Assembly: GCA_900234795.1 (NCBI GenBank)
Contig: LT962688.1
Location: forward strand, 1,320,001 to 1,352,000
Direction of reading: 5' to 3'
From: Methylorubrum extorquens
GTDB taxonomy: Bacteria > Pseudomonadota > Alphaproteobacteria > Rhizobiales > Beijerinckiaceae
Length of the DNA: 32,000 bases
The notes under the pieces are model-generated. The model searched no databases. It saw nothing but the letters and a program-made list of their open reading frames with translations, and was not told the DNA's origin. Made by a program: the position numbers and the translations under genes. Shown here piece after piece: positions 1-11,560 of the stretch (its first letter is position 1; the number at the start of each line of letters is the position of its first letter).

Positions 1-1
1 C

Positions 2-919
2 CTCACAATCGATTGCCGCGTGGTGCTCGATTCCGGCGAGAAGCCCGACCCGGCGCTCTACGACGACCGCTCGTGGATCACCGCCACCTGGACCGAGGAC
101 GGCCCGAACGTCGCCGCCCTCCTCCACCACGAGTACCAGGCCAACGAGCATGAGGGCCGCTGCCGCTCCAAGGTGTACATGGAGTGCTGGTACAACACGG
201 TCACCGCGGCCTTCTCCCGCGACGGGGGCTTGAGCTTCACCCGCACGGCGCCGCCCGCGGTGGTGGCGGGCGCGCCGTTCCGGCAGGAGGAGGGCCAGGG
301 CCGGCACCGGGGCTTCTTCAACCCGTCCAACATCTTCGGCGAGGGGCGAACCCGCTACTTCCTCGCCTCGACCACGGGCTGGGACCGGCCCGGCAGCGAT
401 CAGGCGGCGGGCGTCTGCCTGTTCCGTACGGAGCGGCCGGAGGATCCCACAAGCTGGCGCGCCTGGACCGGCACCGGCTTCACCGCCGCCTTTCCCGACC
501 CCTACCGCAAGACGGCCAAGATCGCCGACACCTGCCGGCCGGTCGGGCCGTTTCCCGCCCCCGTCGGCGCGGTGGTGCGCCACCGCGGCACGGGGGCCTG
601 GATCGCGGTGTTCATGGCGGCCAAGGGCGGCGTGTTTCCGGAATCGGGCTTCTACTGGAGCACGTCGCGCGACCTGCTGACCTGGGACGTGCCGCGACTG
701 CTGCTCGCCGGAGCCACGCTCTACGACGATCCGTGCGGGGCCAAGCGCAGGCTGATCGCCTACCCGTCCCTGCTCGATCCGGGTGCCAAGGGCCGCAACT
801 TCGACGATGTCGGCGAAGGCGCGCTCCTCACCTTCGCGACCCTGCGCCTTGAGGGCTGCACCATCACCTCCGACCGCGACCTCGTGCGCCGGCCGGTATC
901 GATCAAGGTCTGGCCTTGA
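2..919 (+). CDS. hypothetical protein, C-terminal part (5' end lies outside the window); weak BNR/beta-propeller-like flavour only
   Basis: The frame is open from base 2 (LTIDCR precedes the GTG at 20) and ends at TGA 917-919. Third-position GC is high. Two loose S-x-D-x-G..(T/F/W) motifs are present (SRDGGLSF, STSRDLLTW). I do not recognise the family with confidence. Confidence 0.55.
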   Translation, partial: LTIDCRVVLDSGEKPDPALYDDRSWITATWTEDGPNVAALLHHEYQANEHEGRCRSKVYMECWYNTVTAAFSRDGGLSFTRTAPPAVVAGAPFRQEEGQGRHRGFFNPSNIFGEGRTRYFLASTTGWDRPGSDQAAGVCLFRTERPEDPTSWRAWTGTGFTAAFPDPYRKTAKIADTCRPVGPFPAPVGAVVRHRGTGAWIAVFMAAKGGVFPESGFYWSTSRDLLTWDVPRLLLAGATLYDDPCGAKRRLIAYPSLLDPGAKGRNFDDVGEGALLTFATLRLEGCTITSDRDLVRRPVSIKVWP

Positions 920-946
920 GGCTTACGAGGCAACCGCCTCTCCCAT

Positions 947-1066
947 CCTCCGCCTCATCCTGAGGCGCCCGCGTCAGCGAGCCTCGAAGGATCGTCCAGA
1001 TGCCGCGCGAGAACGGGAGGCTCCTTCGAGGGCGACGCTTCGCGCCGCCACCTCAGGATGAGGGCG
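947..1066. repeat. about 115-nt nested imperfect palindrome in a convergent intergenic region
   Basis: The outer arms CCTCATCCTGAGG (953-965) and CCTCAGGATGAGG (1051-1063) are perfect reverse complements. The inner arms CCTCGAAGG (982-990) and CCTTCGAGG (1023-1031) also pair. The sequence between the arms is partly complementary. Confidence 0.8.
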
Positions 1067-1105
1067 AGGACGGGATCGGTCGTCGGCCAACCGCGTGCCG
1101 CCCCC

Positions 1106-2033
1106 TCAGCCGAGGCCGAGCGCCGCCTTCTCCTCGAGATAGGCCGCGTGCACCGCGTCCTTGCCGTAGGCCCGCTCCAGCCGGCGCACGGTGAAGTGGG
1201 CGCGGGCCATGGACTGGAAGTGGTCCATGAAGGCGGCGTTGACGGCAGCGCCCCCCGAGTGCCCCGATCACCGGCACGGCCTGGGCCGCGACCTTCTGCG
1301 AGACGACGAGGCCGAAGCGGGCGGCGATCTGCGCGGTGAGCCGCACCAGCGGCGGCGCGCCGGCATCGAGCAGCGAGCGGTGGGCGGCGTAGCGGGCGGC
1401 TTCCGACATGGTCTTGGCGAGTGCGGCGCGCACCGCGAAGTAGCCGCTATCGGCGACCGTCGTTTCGGCGCCGGCCCGTCCGCCGAGCGCGAAGACCTGC
1501 ACACAGGCGAGCGCGCTTTCGGGATCGCTCAGATCCTCGCCCTCTTCCCTGGCGATCTCGGCGATGGAGCGCAGCATGAGCGTCGTGGAGACCGGCAGCT
1601 CTACCGCCAGCGTCGCGAGGCCGAGCACGCCGCCGACCGCACCGGTCACCGCGGCGAGCGCCTTGTGGCGGGTTTCGCTCGACCCGAGCAGGCGGCTCAG
1701 GCGCCCGCCAGCCTCGGTTTCGATGCGCTCCAGCGCGGTGCCGGCGGGCTTCACGTCCTTGTCCGGCAGGGTCGCCAGCGCGACCCGAAGGGCCGTGCGC
1801 ATCGCGCCTTCCGTGGCGCTGGCCACCGTCTCGGTGATGGGCGCCGGCAGCGCGCGGCCGATCATGTCGAGGGGCGCGCCCGCGGCCGCCGAGAGCCGGG
1901 AGGCAAGCCCCGGCTTCTCCAATACGGTCACCGCGCGCCGCAGGACGGCGCGGTCCTCCTCCGACAAGGACTTTCCGGCCGGCGGGTCGATCGGAACCGG
2001 CAGGGTTTCTCCAACAACGGCAAGGTCGTTCAC
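1106..2033 (-). pseudogene. EcsC family protein with the reading frame broken at a homopolymer (pseudogene or sequencing indel)
   Basis: GTG at 2033 opens ...LSEEDRAVLRRAVTVLEKPGLASRL...AVPVIGALGG. The family-typical C-terminus AAVNAAFMDHFQSMARAHFTVRRLERAYGKDAVHAAYLEEKAALGLG* is then read in a different frame, down to TGA at 1106-1108. The switch point is the C6 run at 1251-1256. Removing one base gives one uninterrupted ORF of about 308 aa. Confidence 0.8.
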
Positions 2034-3483
2034 GTCTGCGCCCTCGCGACTTTGGGCGGGATCTCGGGGCCCGCTTCGGCTGAGGCAAGACCGACGGGGC
2101 CGGTTGGGTTCCCCCCCCTGCACGGCCTCGGGCGTGGCCTCGGCCGGGCTTTCCGCGGGCGCCGTGCGCTGCGGGATGCGTCCCACGGCAAAGCACAGGG
2201 CGACGACGGGGATGCCGACCGCCGCGGTCATCGCGAAGAAGGCCGGGAAGCCGTAAGCCGCCACCACGAAGCCGGAGGTACCAGCGACCAGCTTGCCCGG
2301 CAGGGCGTAGAGTGAGGAGAACAGGGCGTATTGCGTGGCCGCAAAGCCCGGCGTGGTCAGGCTCGACATGTAGGCGATCAGCGCGATGCCGGCGAAGGAG
2401 CCGCACAGGCTCTCGATCGAGACCGCGATGGCGAGCCGCCATTGCTCCGGCTCGCCGAGCGCCAGCCACGCCAGCGACAGGTGCGAGGCGGCGGCGATGA
2501 AGGCGCCGATCACCAGGGTCGGGAACATGCCGAGCCGGGCGATCGACCAGCCGCCCGCAAAGCCCCCCGGCGATCCCGACCCAGATGCCGAACAGCTTGA
2601 CGATGGTGGCGATCTCCGCCTTGCCGTAGCCGAGCGTGATGTAGAGCGGGTTGGCCATCACGCCGGAGACGAAGTCCGGCATCCGGTAGAGCGCGACGAG
2701 CGCCAGCACCGCGAACAGGGCCTTGCCCATCCGGGCGTAGAGTTCCGTCAGTGGCTCCAGCACGGCGCGGCGCACGGCGGCGGGCAGGTCGCGCTTGCCC
2801 GTCGCCGCTTCGCGCGGCCGGTCATAGGGCGTGGCGAGCAGGGCCGCGGTCAGGCCGACGCCCATCAGCGCGGCCATGCAGAGATAGGCGAGCGTCCAGC
2901 CGCCATAGGCCGCGACGTAGAGCGCGCCGGCGCCGGCCAGGATCAGCCCGAACCGGTAGCCGAGGTTCGAGGTGGCGGCCATGATGCCCTGCAGGTCGGT
3001 GCCCGCCGCCTCGATGCGCCAGCCGTCGATCACCACGTCCTGGGTGGCGGCGCAGAAGGCGACGAGGAAGGCGCCGAGGCCGATGAGCGCGAGATGGTCC
3101 TTCGGGTCGGCGAAGGCCATCAGGACTAGCGCCAGGGCGGTGGCGATCTGCGTCACGATCATCCAGGCGCGCTTGCGGCCGAGGCGCGGGGCCAGGAACG
3201 GCACGTCGACCCGGTCGATCGAAGGCGCCCAGAGGAACTTCAGCGAGTAGGGCAGCGCGACGTAGCTGAACAGGCCGATCGTCTTGATGTCGATGCCGGA
3301 ATCGGCGAGCCGCAGGGTGAAGGTGCCGAGCACGAGCAGGAGCGGCAGGCCGGAGGAGAAGCCGAGCGCCAGCATCTGCGCGACGCGCTTGTCCTCGGTG
3401 ATGTCGCGCAGGCGCAGCTTGCGCGGCTGCGCTTTCAGGGGCGTGTCCTTAGGAAGCGTCTTGGAGTTCGCCGCATCCGCCAT
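2030..3483 (-). pseudogene. ampG: AmpG-family MFS (muropeptide) permease with the frame interrupted at a C6 run and a C-terminus that reads through into ecsC as sequenced
   Basis: ATG at 3483 has GGGAG about 8 nt upstream. LGFSSGLPLLLVLGTFTLRLADSGIDIKTIGLFSYVALPYSLKFLWAPSIDR matches the AmpG signature region as I remember it from E. coli AmpG. After ...KLFGIWVGIAGG the protein continues as FAGGWSIARLGMFPTLVIGAF... in another frame. The switch is at C6 2563-2568. A C8 run at 2111-2118 decides whether the gene stops at TGA 2030-2032 or fuses to ecsC. Confidence 0.8.
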
Positions 3484-3759
3484 CGCGTAAAACTCCCTGG
3501 AGCCCCCGCCCGTCGGGCAGGGTTGCATGGATCTGGGACGCCGCGCGGAGCCGGGCGCCCGGACACTCGCGCATCTTTGATCCCGATCTCCGCAGAAAAC
3601 ATGACGGACTTGCGGCCCGCAGCCCCCGTCACATCCCTTGCGAGTCCCGCGCAAAGTCGGAATCCTGGGCTCCGTATAGAGCCAACATGGTTGATAGAAC
3701 CGTAATTGCAGGCTCCGGCACGATGACAGGTCCGCAGGGTGCTCCGTGCTTCACCGCAC

Positions 3760-3784
3760 GGAACGGGGGAAGGGCCGGCTCGTT
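3760..3784 (+). promoter_or_regulatory. sigma-EcfG (general stress response ECF sigma) type promoter motif GGAAC-N16-CGTT
   Basis: GGAAC at 3760-3764, a 16-nt spacer, then CGTT at 3781-3784. The motif is on the + strand, about 90 nt upstream of the LOV kinase ATG, in a 390-nt divergent intergenic region. Confidence 0.6.
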
Positions 3785-3874
3785 GGAGTCGCGGGGCCGG
3801 ACGCTACGGAATGCGTCGGGTGACTCCGGTTCGCGTGCCGCGCTCGAGAGCGGCATGCCTGTGTTGGCGTAGAG

Positions 3875-4975
3875 ATGACGGGTTTTCCCAAAGGAGCGAG
3901 CCTGCCCTCGGGCGTCACGGTGGAGGTCTTCGCGGCAGCCTTCGAGGCCAGCCCGACGCCGATGGTGGTCACCGATCCGCGGCGGGGCGACAACCCGGTC
4001 GTCTGGGCCAACGGCGCCTTTCTCGGGCTCACGGGCTATGCCCGCGAGGAACTCTACGGTCAGAATTGCCGCATGCTGCAAGGTCCCCTCACCGATGCGG
4101 CGGTGCTTCAGACGATGCGGTCGGCTCTCGCCACGGGCCGGCCGTTCGAGGGCGAGCTGCTCAATTACCGCAAGGACGGCACGTCGTTCTGGAACGGCAT
4201 GACGATCAATCCCGTCTGCGACGAGGCGGGCAAGGTCCTGTTCTTCTTCTCGGCCCAGGCCGACATGACCGACAAGCACCGCCTGGAACTGGCGATGCGC
4301 GACGCCAACGACGCGCTGGAGCGCGAGGTGAGCGAGCGGACCGCCGACCTGCGCTCGGCCCTGGAACAGAAGACCGCGCTGCTCCACGAGGTCGATCATC
4401 GGGTCAAGAACAACCTCCAGGTCATCTCTTCGCTGATGCTGCTGAAGGCCCGCCGCACGCCGGAGGGCGACGCCCGCAACGCGCTCCAGGCCATGGCCGA
4501 CCGGATCGGCGCCCTCTCCACGGCCCACCGGATGCTGTACTCGGAGGGCGACGTCACCCGCTTCGACTTCCGGGAGTTCACCGCCGACCTGATCGCAGAC
4601 CTCGCCGCCGGCCTCGACGGGGACCGCACCCGGATCGAGACGGAGATCGAGGCGCTGGCGCTCTCCGCCGCCATGGCCGCCCCGCTGGCGCTGCTGATCC
4701 ACGAATTGACGACGAACGCCCTGCACCACGCCTTCCCGGAGGCGCGCCGCGGCCGGGTCGCGATCGAGGCACATCGTTTCGAGGCGGGGATGCGCCTCGT
4801 CATTCAGGACGACGGCATCGGCATGGCCGCGGTGCCGTCCAACCCCGCGGGCTTCGGCCGCACCCTGGTCGAGATGGTGGTGCGCCAGTTGCGCGGCACC
4901 CTTGAATGGTCGGATGCCGGGCCCGGCACGCGGATCACGATCACGATCCCGCTGGTCGGGACCGACGCATTGTGA
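3875..4975 (+). CDS. LOV-domain (blue light, FMN) sensor histidine kinase, HisKA_2/HWE type
   Basis: The LOV core reads NPVVWANGAFLGLTGYAREELYGQNCRMLQG...NYRKDGTSFWN, with the adduct-forming Cys in NCRMLQ. The H-box is EVDHRVKNNLQVISSL, the N-box ELTTNALHHA, and the G-box DDGIGM...GFGRTLV. Confidence 0.9.
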   Translation: MTGFPKGASLPSGVTVEVFAAAFEASPTPMVVTDPRRGDNPVVWANGAFLGLTGYAREELYGQNCRMLQGPLTDAAVLQTMRSALATGRPFEGELLNYRKDGTSFWNGMTINPVCDEAGKVLFFFSAQADMTDKHRLELAMRDANDALEREVSERTADLRSALEQKTALLHEVDHRVKNNLQVISSLMLLKARRTPEGDARNALQAMADRIGALSTAHRMLYSEGDVTRFDFREFTADLIADLAAGLDGDRTRIETEIEALALSAAMAAPLALLIHELTTNALHHAFPEARRGRVAIEAHRFEAGMRLVIQDDGIGMAAVPSNPAGFGRTLVEMVVRQLRGTLEWSDAGPGTRITITIPLVGTDAL

Positions 4976-5108
4976 CGGACATGCGTTTCTTCACTCCGGG
5001 CCGTTTCCACCGGAAACCGGTCCCGCGGCGGGCCGGGCCCGCTCCCTTCGCCGCCAATCCGGCGGATCGATTCGGGGCGGGGGGACAAACGACGCCGGGA
5101 GAACCGCG

Positions 5109-5573
5109 ATGCCCGAGGTGAGGGAGGGGCCCCTGCGCATTCTCGTTGTCGAGGACGAGGTGCTGATCGCCCTCGAACTGGAATGCCTGCTGGAAGACCT
5201 CGGTCATGTCAGCGTCGGCGTCGCGGGCTCCTCGGCGGACGCCATCGCGCTGGGCCGCACCGCCCTGCCGGACGTGGCGCTGGTGGACATCCACCTCATC
5301 GACGGGCCGACCGGAGTGGAGGTGGCGCGCCAGTTGAGCCGCGACCCGCGGGTCACCGTGGTGTTCATGACCGCCAACGCCAAGCGCATCCCGCCGGATT
5401 TCGCGGGTGCGCTCGGGGTGATCGCCAAGCCCTATTCCGAGCGCGCCGTAGCAGGCGCCCTCGACTACGTCGCCCAGCGCCGTGCCGGCCACCCGCCCTC
5501 CGCCGAGACCCTCGATGGCTTCCACCTCGCTCCGGCCGCAGGCGGCGGGGATTGGACCGGCGGCGCGCCGTAA
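5109..5573 (+). CDS. single-domain response regulator (receiver only, LovR-like)
   Basis: ATG at 5109 is preceded by GGGAGA. The receiver motifs are RILVVEDE, the phospho-acceptor context ALVDIHL, and the conserved Lys in IAKP. There is no output domain. The upstream part of ORF 4902..5573 overlaps the kinase 3' end and looks non-coding. Confidence 0.85.
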   Translation: MPEVREGPLRILVVEDEVLIALELECLLEDLGHVSVGVAGSSADAIALGRTALPDVALVDIHLIDGPTGVEVARQLSRDPRVTVVFMTANAKRIPPDFAGALGVIAKPYSERAVAGALDYVAQRRAGHPPSAETLDGFHLAPAAGGGDWTGGAP

Positions 5574-5592
5574 GAGACGGGCGCCGCCGCCC

Positions 5593-7641
5593 TCACCCCT
5601 TCGGCACGTTCCGCTCCAGCTCGTCGAGCCACGCCCGGGCGCTGGCATCCGACGGCGCGCGCCAGTCGCCGCGGGGCGAGAGCGAGCCGCCGGCCGAGAC
5701 CTTCGGGCCGTTGGGGAGCGCCGAGCGCTTGAACTGGCTGAAGCGGAAGAAGCGATCGAGGAAGACGCCGAGCCAGCGCCGGATCTCGGCCAAGTCATAG
5801 GCGACGCGCTTGGCTTGCGGGAAATCCGGCGGCCAGTCGCCGGCCGCCGCGTCGCCCCAGGCATGGAGCGCGAGGAAGGCGATCTTCGACGGCCGGAAGC
5901 CGTGGCGCAGGGTGAACCAGAGATTGAAGTCCTGCAGGGCGTAAGGGCCGATCTTGGCCTCCGTGCTCTGCGGCCCCTCGCCTTCCGAGGCCGGCACCAG
6001 TTCGGGCGAAATCTCGGTGTCGAGCACCGCCCGGAGCGTGCGGTTCTCCGCCTCCCCGAACTGGCCGGACGCGATCACCCAGCGGATCAGGTGCTGGATC
6101 AGGGTCTTGGGCACGCCGGCATTGACGCCGTAATGGCTCATCTGGTCGCCGACGCCGTAGGTGCTCCAGCCGAGCGCCAGCTCCGAGAGATCGCCGGTGC
6201 CGATCACGATGCCGCCGTGCTGGTTGGCCAGCCGGAACAGGTAGTCGGTGCGCAGGCCCGCCTGCACGTTCTCGAAGGTGACGTCGTAGACCGCCTCCCC
6301 GCGCCCGAACGGGTGGCCCATATCGGCCAGCATCTGCCGGGCGGCCGGGCGGATGTCGATCTCCTCCGAGGTGGTGCCGAGCGCCCGCATCAGGGCGTGG
6401 GCGTTGGTCTTGGTCTCGTCGGAAGTGGCAAAGCCCGGCAGGGTGTAGGCCAGGATGTCCTTGCGCGGCAGCCCGAGCCGATCGAAGGCCTTCGCGACGA
6501 CGATCAGCGCGTGCGTCGAGTCGAGGCCGCCGGAGACGCCGATCACCGCCCGCTTCGTGCCGGTGGCCGCGAGCCGCTGGGCGAGGCCGGCGACCTGAAT
6601 GTTGTAGGCCTCGTAGCAATCCTGCGCGAGGCGTGCGGGGTCAGCCGGCACGAAGGGGAAGCGCTCGACCCGGCGCTCGAGCCCGAGATCGCTCTCCGGC
6701 GGATCGAGCCGGAAGGGAATCGTCCGCCAGGGCGGGGTGCCGTGCCGGCGGGCGTTGTCGTCGAGGCTGCCGGCCTGAAGCCGCTCCTGGGCGATCAGGT
6801 CGAGGTCGATATCGGCGAGCGTCACGACCGGCGCTTGAGGGAAGCGCTGCCCTTCCGCCAGCCGCACGCCGTTCTCGTCGATGCTGGTCTGCCCGTCCCA
6901 GGACAGGTCGGTGGTGGATTCCCCCGTCCCGGCCGCTGCGTAGACGTAGGCGCACAGGCCGCGCATCGAGGCGGCGCGGGTCAGCAGGGCGCGGGAATCG
7001 GCCCGGCCGACGGTGATTGGGCTGCCCGAGGGGTTGGCGATCACGGTGGCACCGGCGAGCACCGCGTCCATGCCCGGCGTCTGCGGCACCCAGAGATCTT
7101 CGCAGACCTCGATCGCGAGGCGAAAGCCCGGCAGGTCGTCGGCGGCGAAGATCAGGTCGGTGCCGAACGGCGCCTCGAGCCCGCCGAGGCGGATCGTCTC
7201 GCCCGTGATGCCGGCGCCGGAGGCGAAGTGGCGCTTCTCGTAGAACTCCCGGTAGTTCGGCAGGTAGCTCTTCGGCACCACGCCGAGCAGCAGCCCGCCC
7301 CGGATCGCCACGGCGCAATTGTAGAGCCGGTTGCGCCAGCGCAGGGGCGCGCCGACGACGAGCAGTGGCGTGAGCCCGGCGCTCTCCTCGACCAGCCGCG
7401 CCACGCCCGTCTCGACCGCGTCGAGGAGGGTGGCCTGCAACAGCAGATCCTCGATGGCGTAGGAGGAGACGCAAAGTTCGGGGAAGACCGCGAGCGCCGC
7501 CCCGGCCCCGTGCGCCTGCCGCGCGAGGCCTGAGATGTCGGCGACATTGGCCGCCGGGTCGCCCGGATGGCTGCGGCCGGTGCAGGCGGCGACGCGGGCA
7601 AAGCCGTGCCGGTAGAGGGAGCGGAAGTTTTTCGGACTCAA
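5593..7641 (-). CDS. nadE: glutamine-dependent NAD+ synthetase (CN-hydrolase domain plus NAD synthase domain)
   Basis: N-terminus FRSLYRHGFARVAAC...FPELCVSSY...EVCEDLW is the nitrilase-type Glu/Lys/Cys fold. VIGVSGGLDSTH is the ATP pyrophosphatase loop. Start choice: TTG at 7641 (MSPKNFRSLY) has AAGAGA upstream. Third-position GC drops between 7641 and the longest start, TTG 7707. GTG 7665 is a further alternative. Confidence 0.9.
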   Translation of the reverse strand: MSPKNFRSLYRHGFARVAACTGRSHPGDPAANVADISGLARQAHGAGAALAVFPELCVSSYAIEDLLLQATLLDAVETGVARLVEESAGLTPLLVVGAPLRWRNRLYNCAVAIRGGLLLGVVPKSYLPNYREFYEKRHFASGAGITGETIRLGGLEAPFGTDLIFAADDLPGFRLAIEVCEDLWVPQTPGMDAVLAGATVIANPSGSPITVGRADSRALLTRAASMRGLCAYVYAAAGTGESTTDLSWDGQTSIDENGVRLAEGQRFPQAPVVTLADIDLDLIAQERLQAGSLDDNARRHGTPPWRTIPFRLDPPESDLGLERRVERFPFVPADPARLAQDCYEAYNIQVAGLAQRLAATGTKRAVIGVSGGLDSTHALIVVAKAFDRLGLPRKDILAYTLPGFATSDETKTNAHALMRALGTTSEEIDIRPAARQMLADMGHPFGRGEAVYDVTFENVQAGLRTDYLFRLANQHGGIVIGTGDLSELALGWSTYGVGDQMSHYGVNAGVPKTLIQHLIRWVIASGQFGEAENRTLRAVLDTEISPELVPASEGEGPQSTEAKIGPYALQDFNLWFTLRHGFRPSKIAFLALHAWGDAAAGDWPPDFPQAKRVAYDLAEIRRWLGVFLDRFFRFSQFKRSALPNGPKVSAGGSLSPRGDWRAPSDASARAWLDELERNVPKG

Positions 7642-7996
7642 GGTCTCTTGGCTCGGATTCGTCACCGGATCTCGCAGCTCACCTGATACGGCAGGAAACC
7701 CTGCCAAGCGCCTCTCGAACCAACATTTTCAGGCCTGATATAGGGCACGACCGCGACCGGGCCGCCCTCCGTTACCGGGCCTCGAAACATCATCGCGAAG
7801 AGCCAACCGCGCTCGATGATATCCGGTTCGCGTCACGCTTGCACCGGCGGGTCGGGCCAGCCGGGAAGAGGGGAGGGCGCCTGCGGGACGAGCGGGGCGA
7901 AGGTCGAGGCAAGCGTTCGTTAACGACGATCCGCCTACCTTGGGGCTCGAACCGCTCCGCAGGAGCCGGACCTTGTTTCGAGTCATCTCACAGATC

Positions 7997-11383
<3,387 letters not shown>

Positions 11384-11486
11384 GGCCTCTCACGACCGCG
11401 CAGATCCGGCCCCCGTCGCATATTCGCCACAGGGGCCGGGTCTACCCGCGAACATGACATCCGGACGCGCCGCCATCGCGCGTCCG

Positions 11487-11521
11487 CACCGGGACGGCAA
11501 GAGCCCCACCGGGACGGCAAG
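11487..11521 (+). promoter_or_regulatory. 15-nt direct repeat with 20-nt period upstream of lolA (possible regulator binding site)
   Basis: CACCGGGACGGCAAG occurs at 11487-11501 and again at 11507-11521, 40-75 nt upstream of the lolA ATG. It is preceded by the hairpin GGACGCGC-N7-GCGCGTCC (11463-11485). Confidence 0.3.
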
Positions 11522-11560
11522 TGCCCCGCGCACCCGCAAGCTTTCGGAGATGCCCACACG

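Noticed and set aside
1447-3654. 735-aa ORF, and the 491-aa ORF 1053..2528, taken as single proteins
   Set aside because: Each is a chimera. Only the N-terminal ~300 codons after Met58 of the first ORF are AmpG-like, and the rest is off-frame read-through. The second joins the AmpG C-terminus to EcsC and then runs off-frame. I re-interpreted them as two frameshifted genes.
3687-3872. 61-aa ORF in the ampG / LOV-kinase intergenic region
   Set aside because: Third-position GC is only moderate and there is no SD. The ORF also contains the GGAAC-N16-CGTT promoter motif, so the region is more plausibly a 5' regulatory region.
3629-4905. ORFs 3629..4774 (-) and 3739..4905 (+), overlapping the LOV kinase gene
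   Set aside because: The LOV-HK frame (3875..4975) has clear LOV and kinase motifs. The overlapping frames are Arg/Gly/Pro-rich with no motifs.
4976-5108. Short hairpin GTTTCC-acc-GGAAAC between the kinase and the regulator, as a third copy of the two-hairpin repeat
   Set aside because: It shares only a CCGxTTTCCACCGG-like core with the loop of the repeat, and the flanking stems and second hairpin are missing. That is too little to call a copy.
7940-7990. tRNA-like GGGGCTCGAACC motif upstream of ftsK
   Set aside because: I tried to fold it as a minus-strand T-arm and acceptor stem. The stem halves do not pair, and there is no room for an acceptor stem or CCA context. It is not a tRNA or a convincing tRNA remnant.
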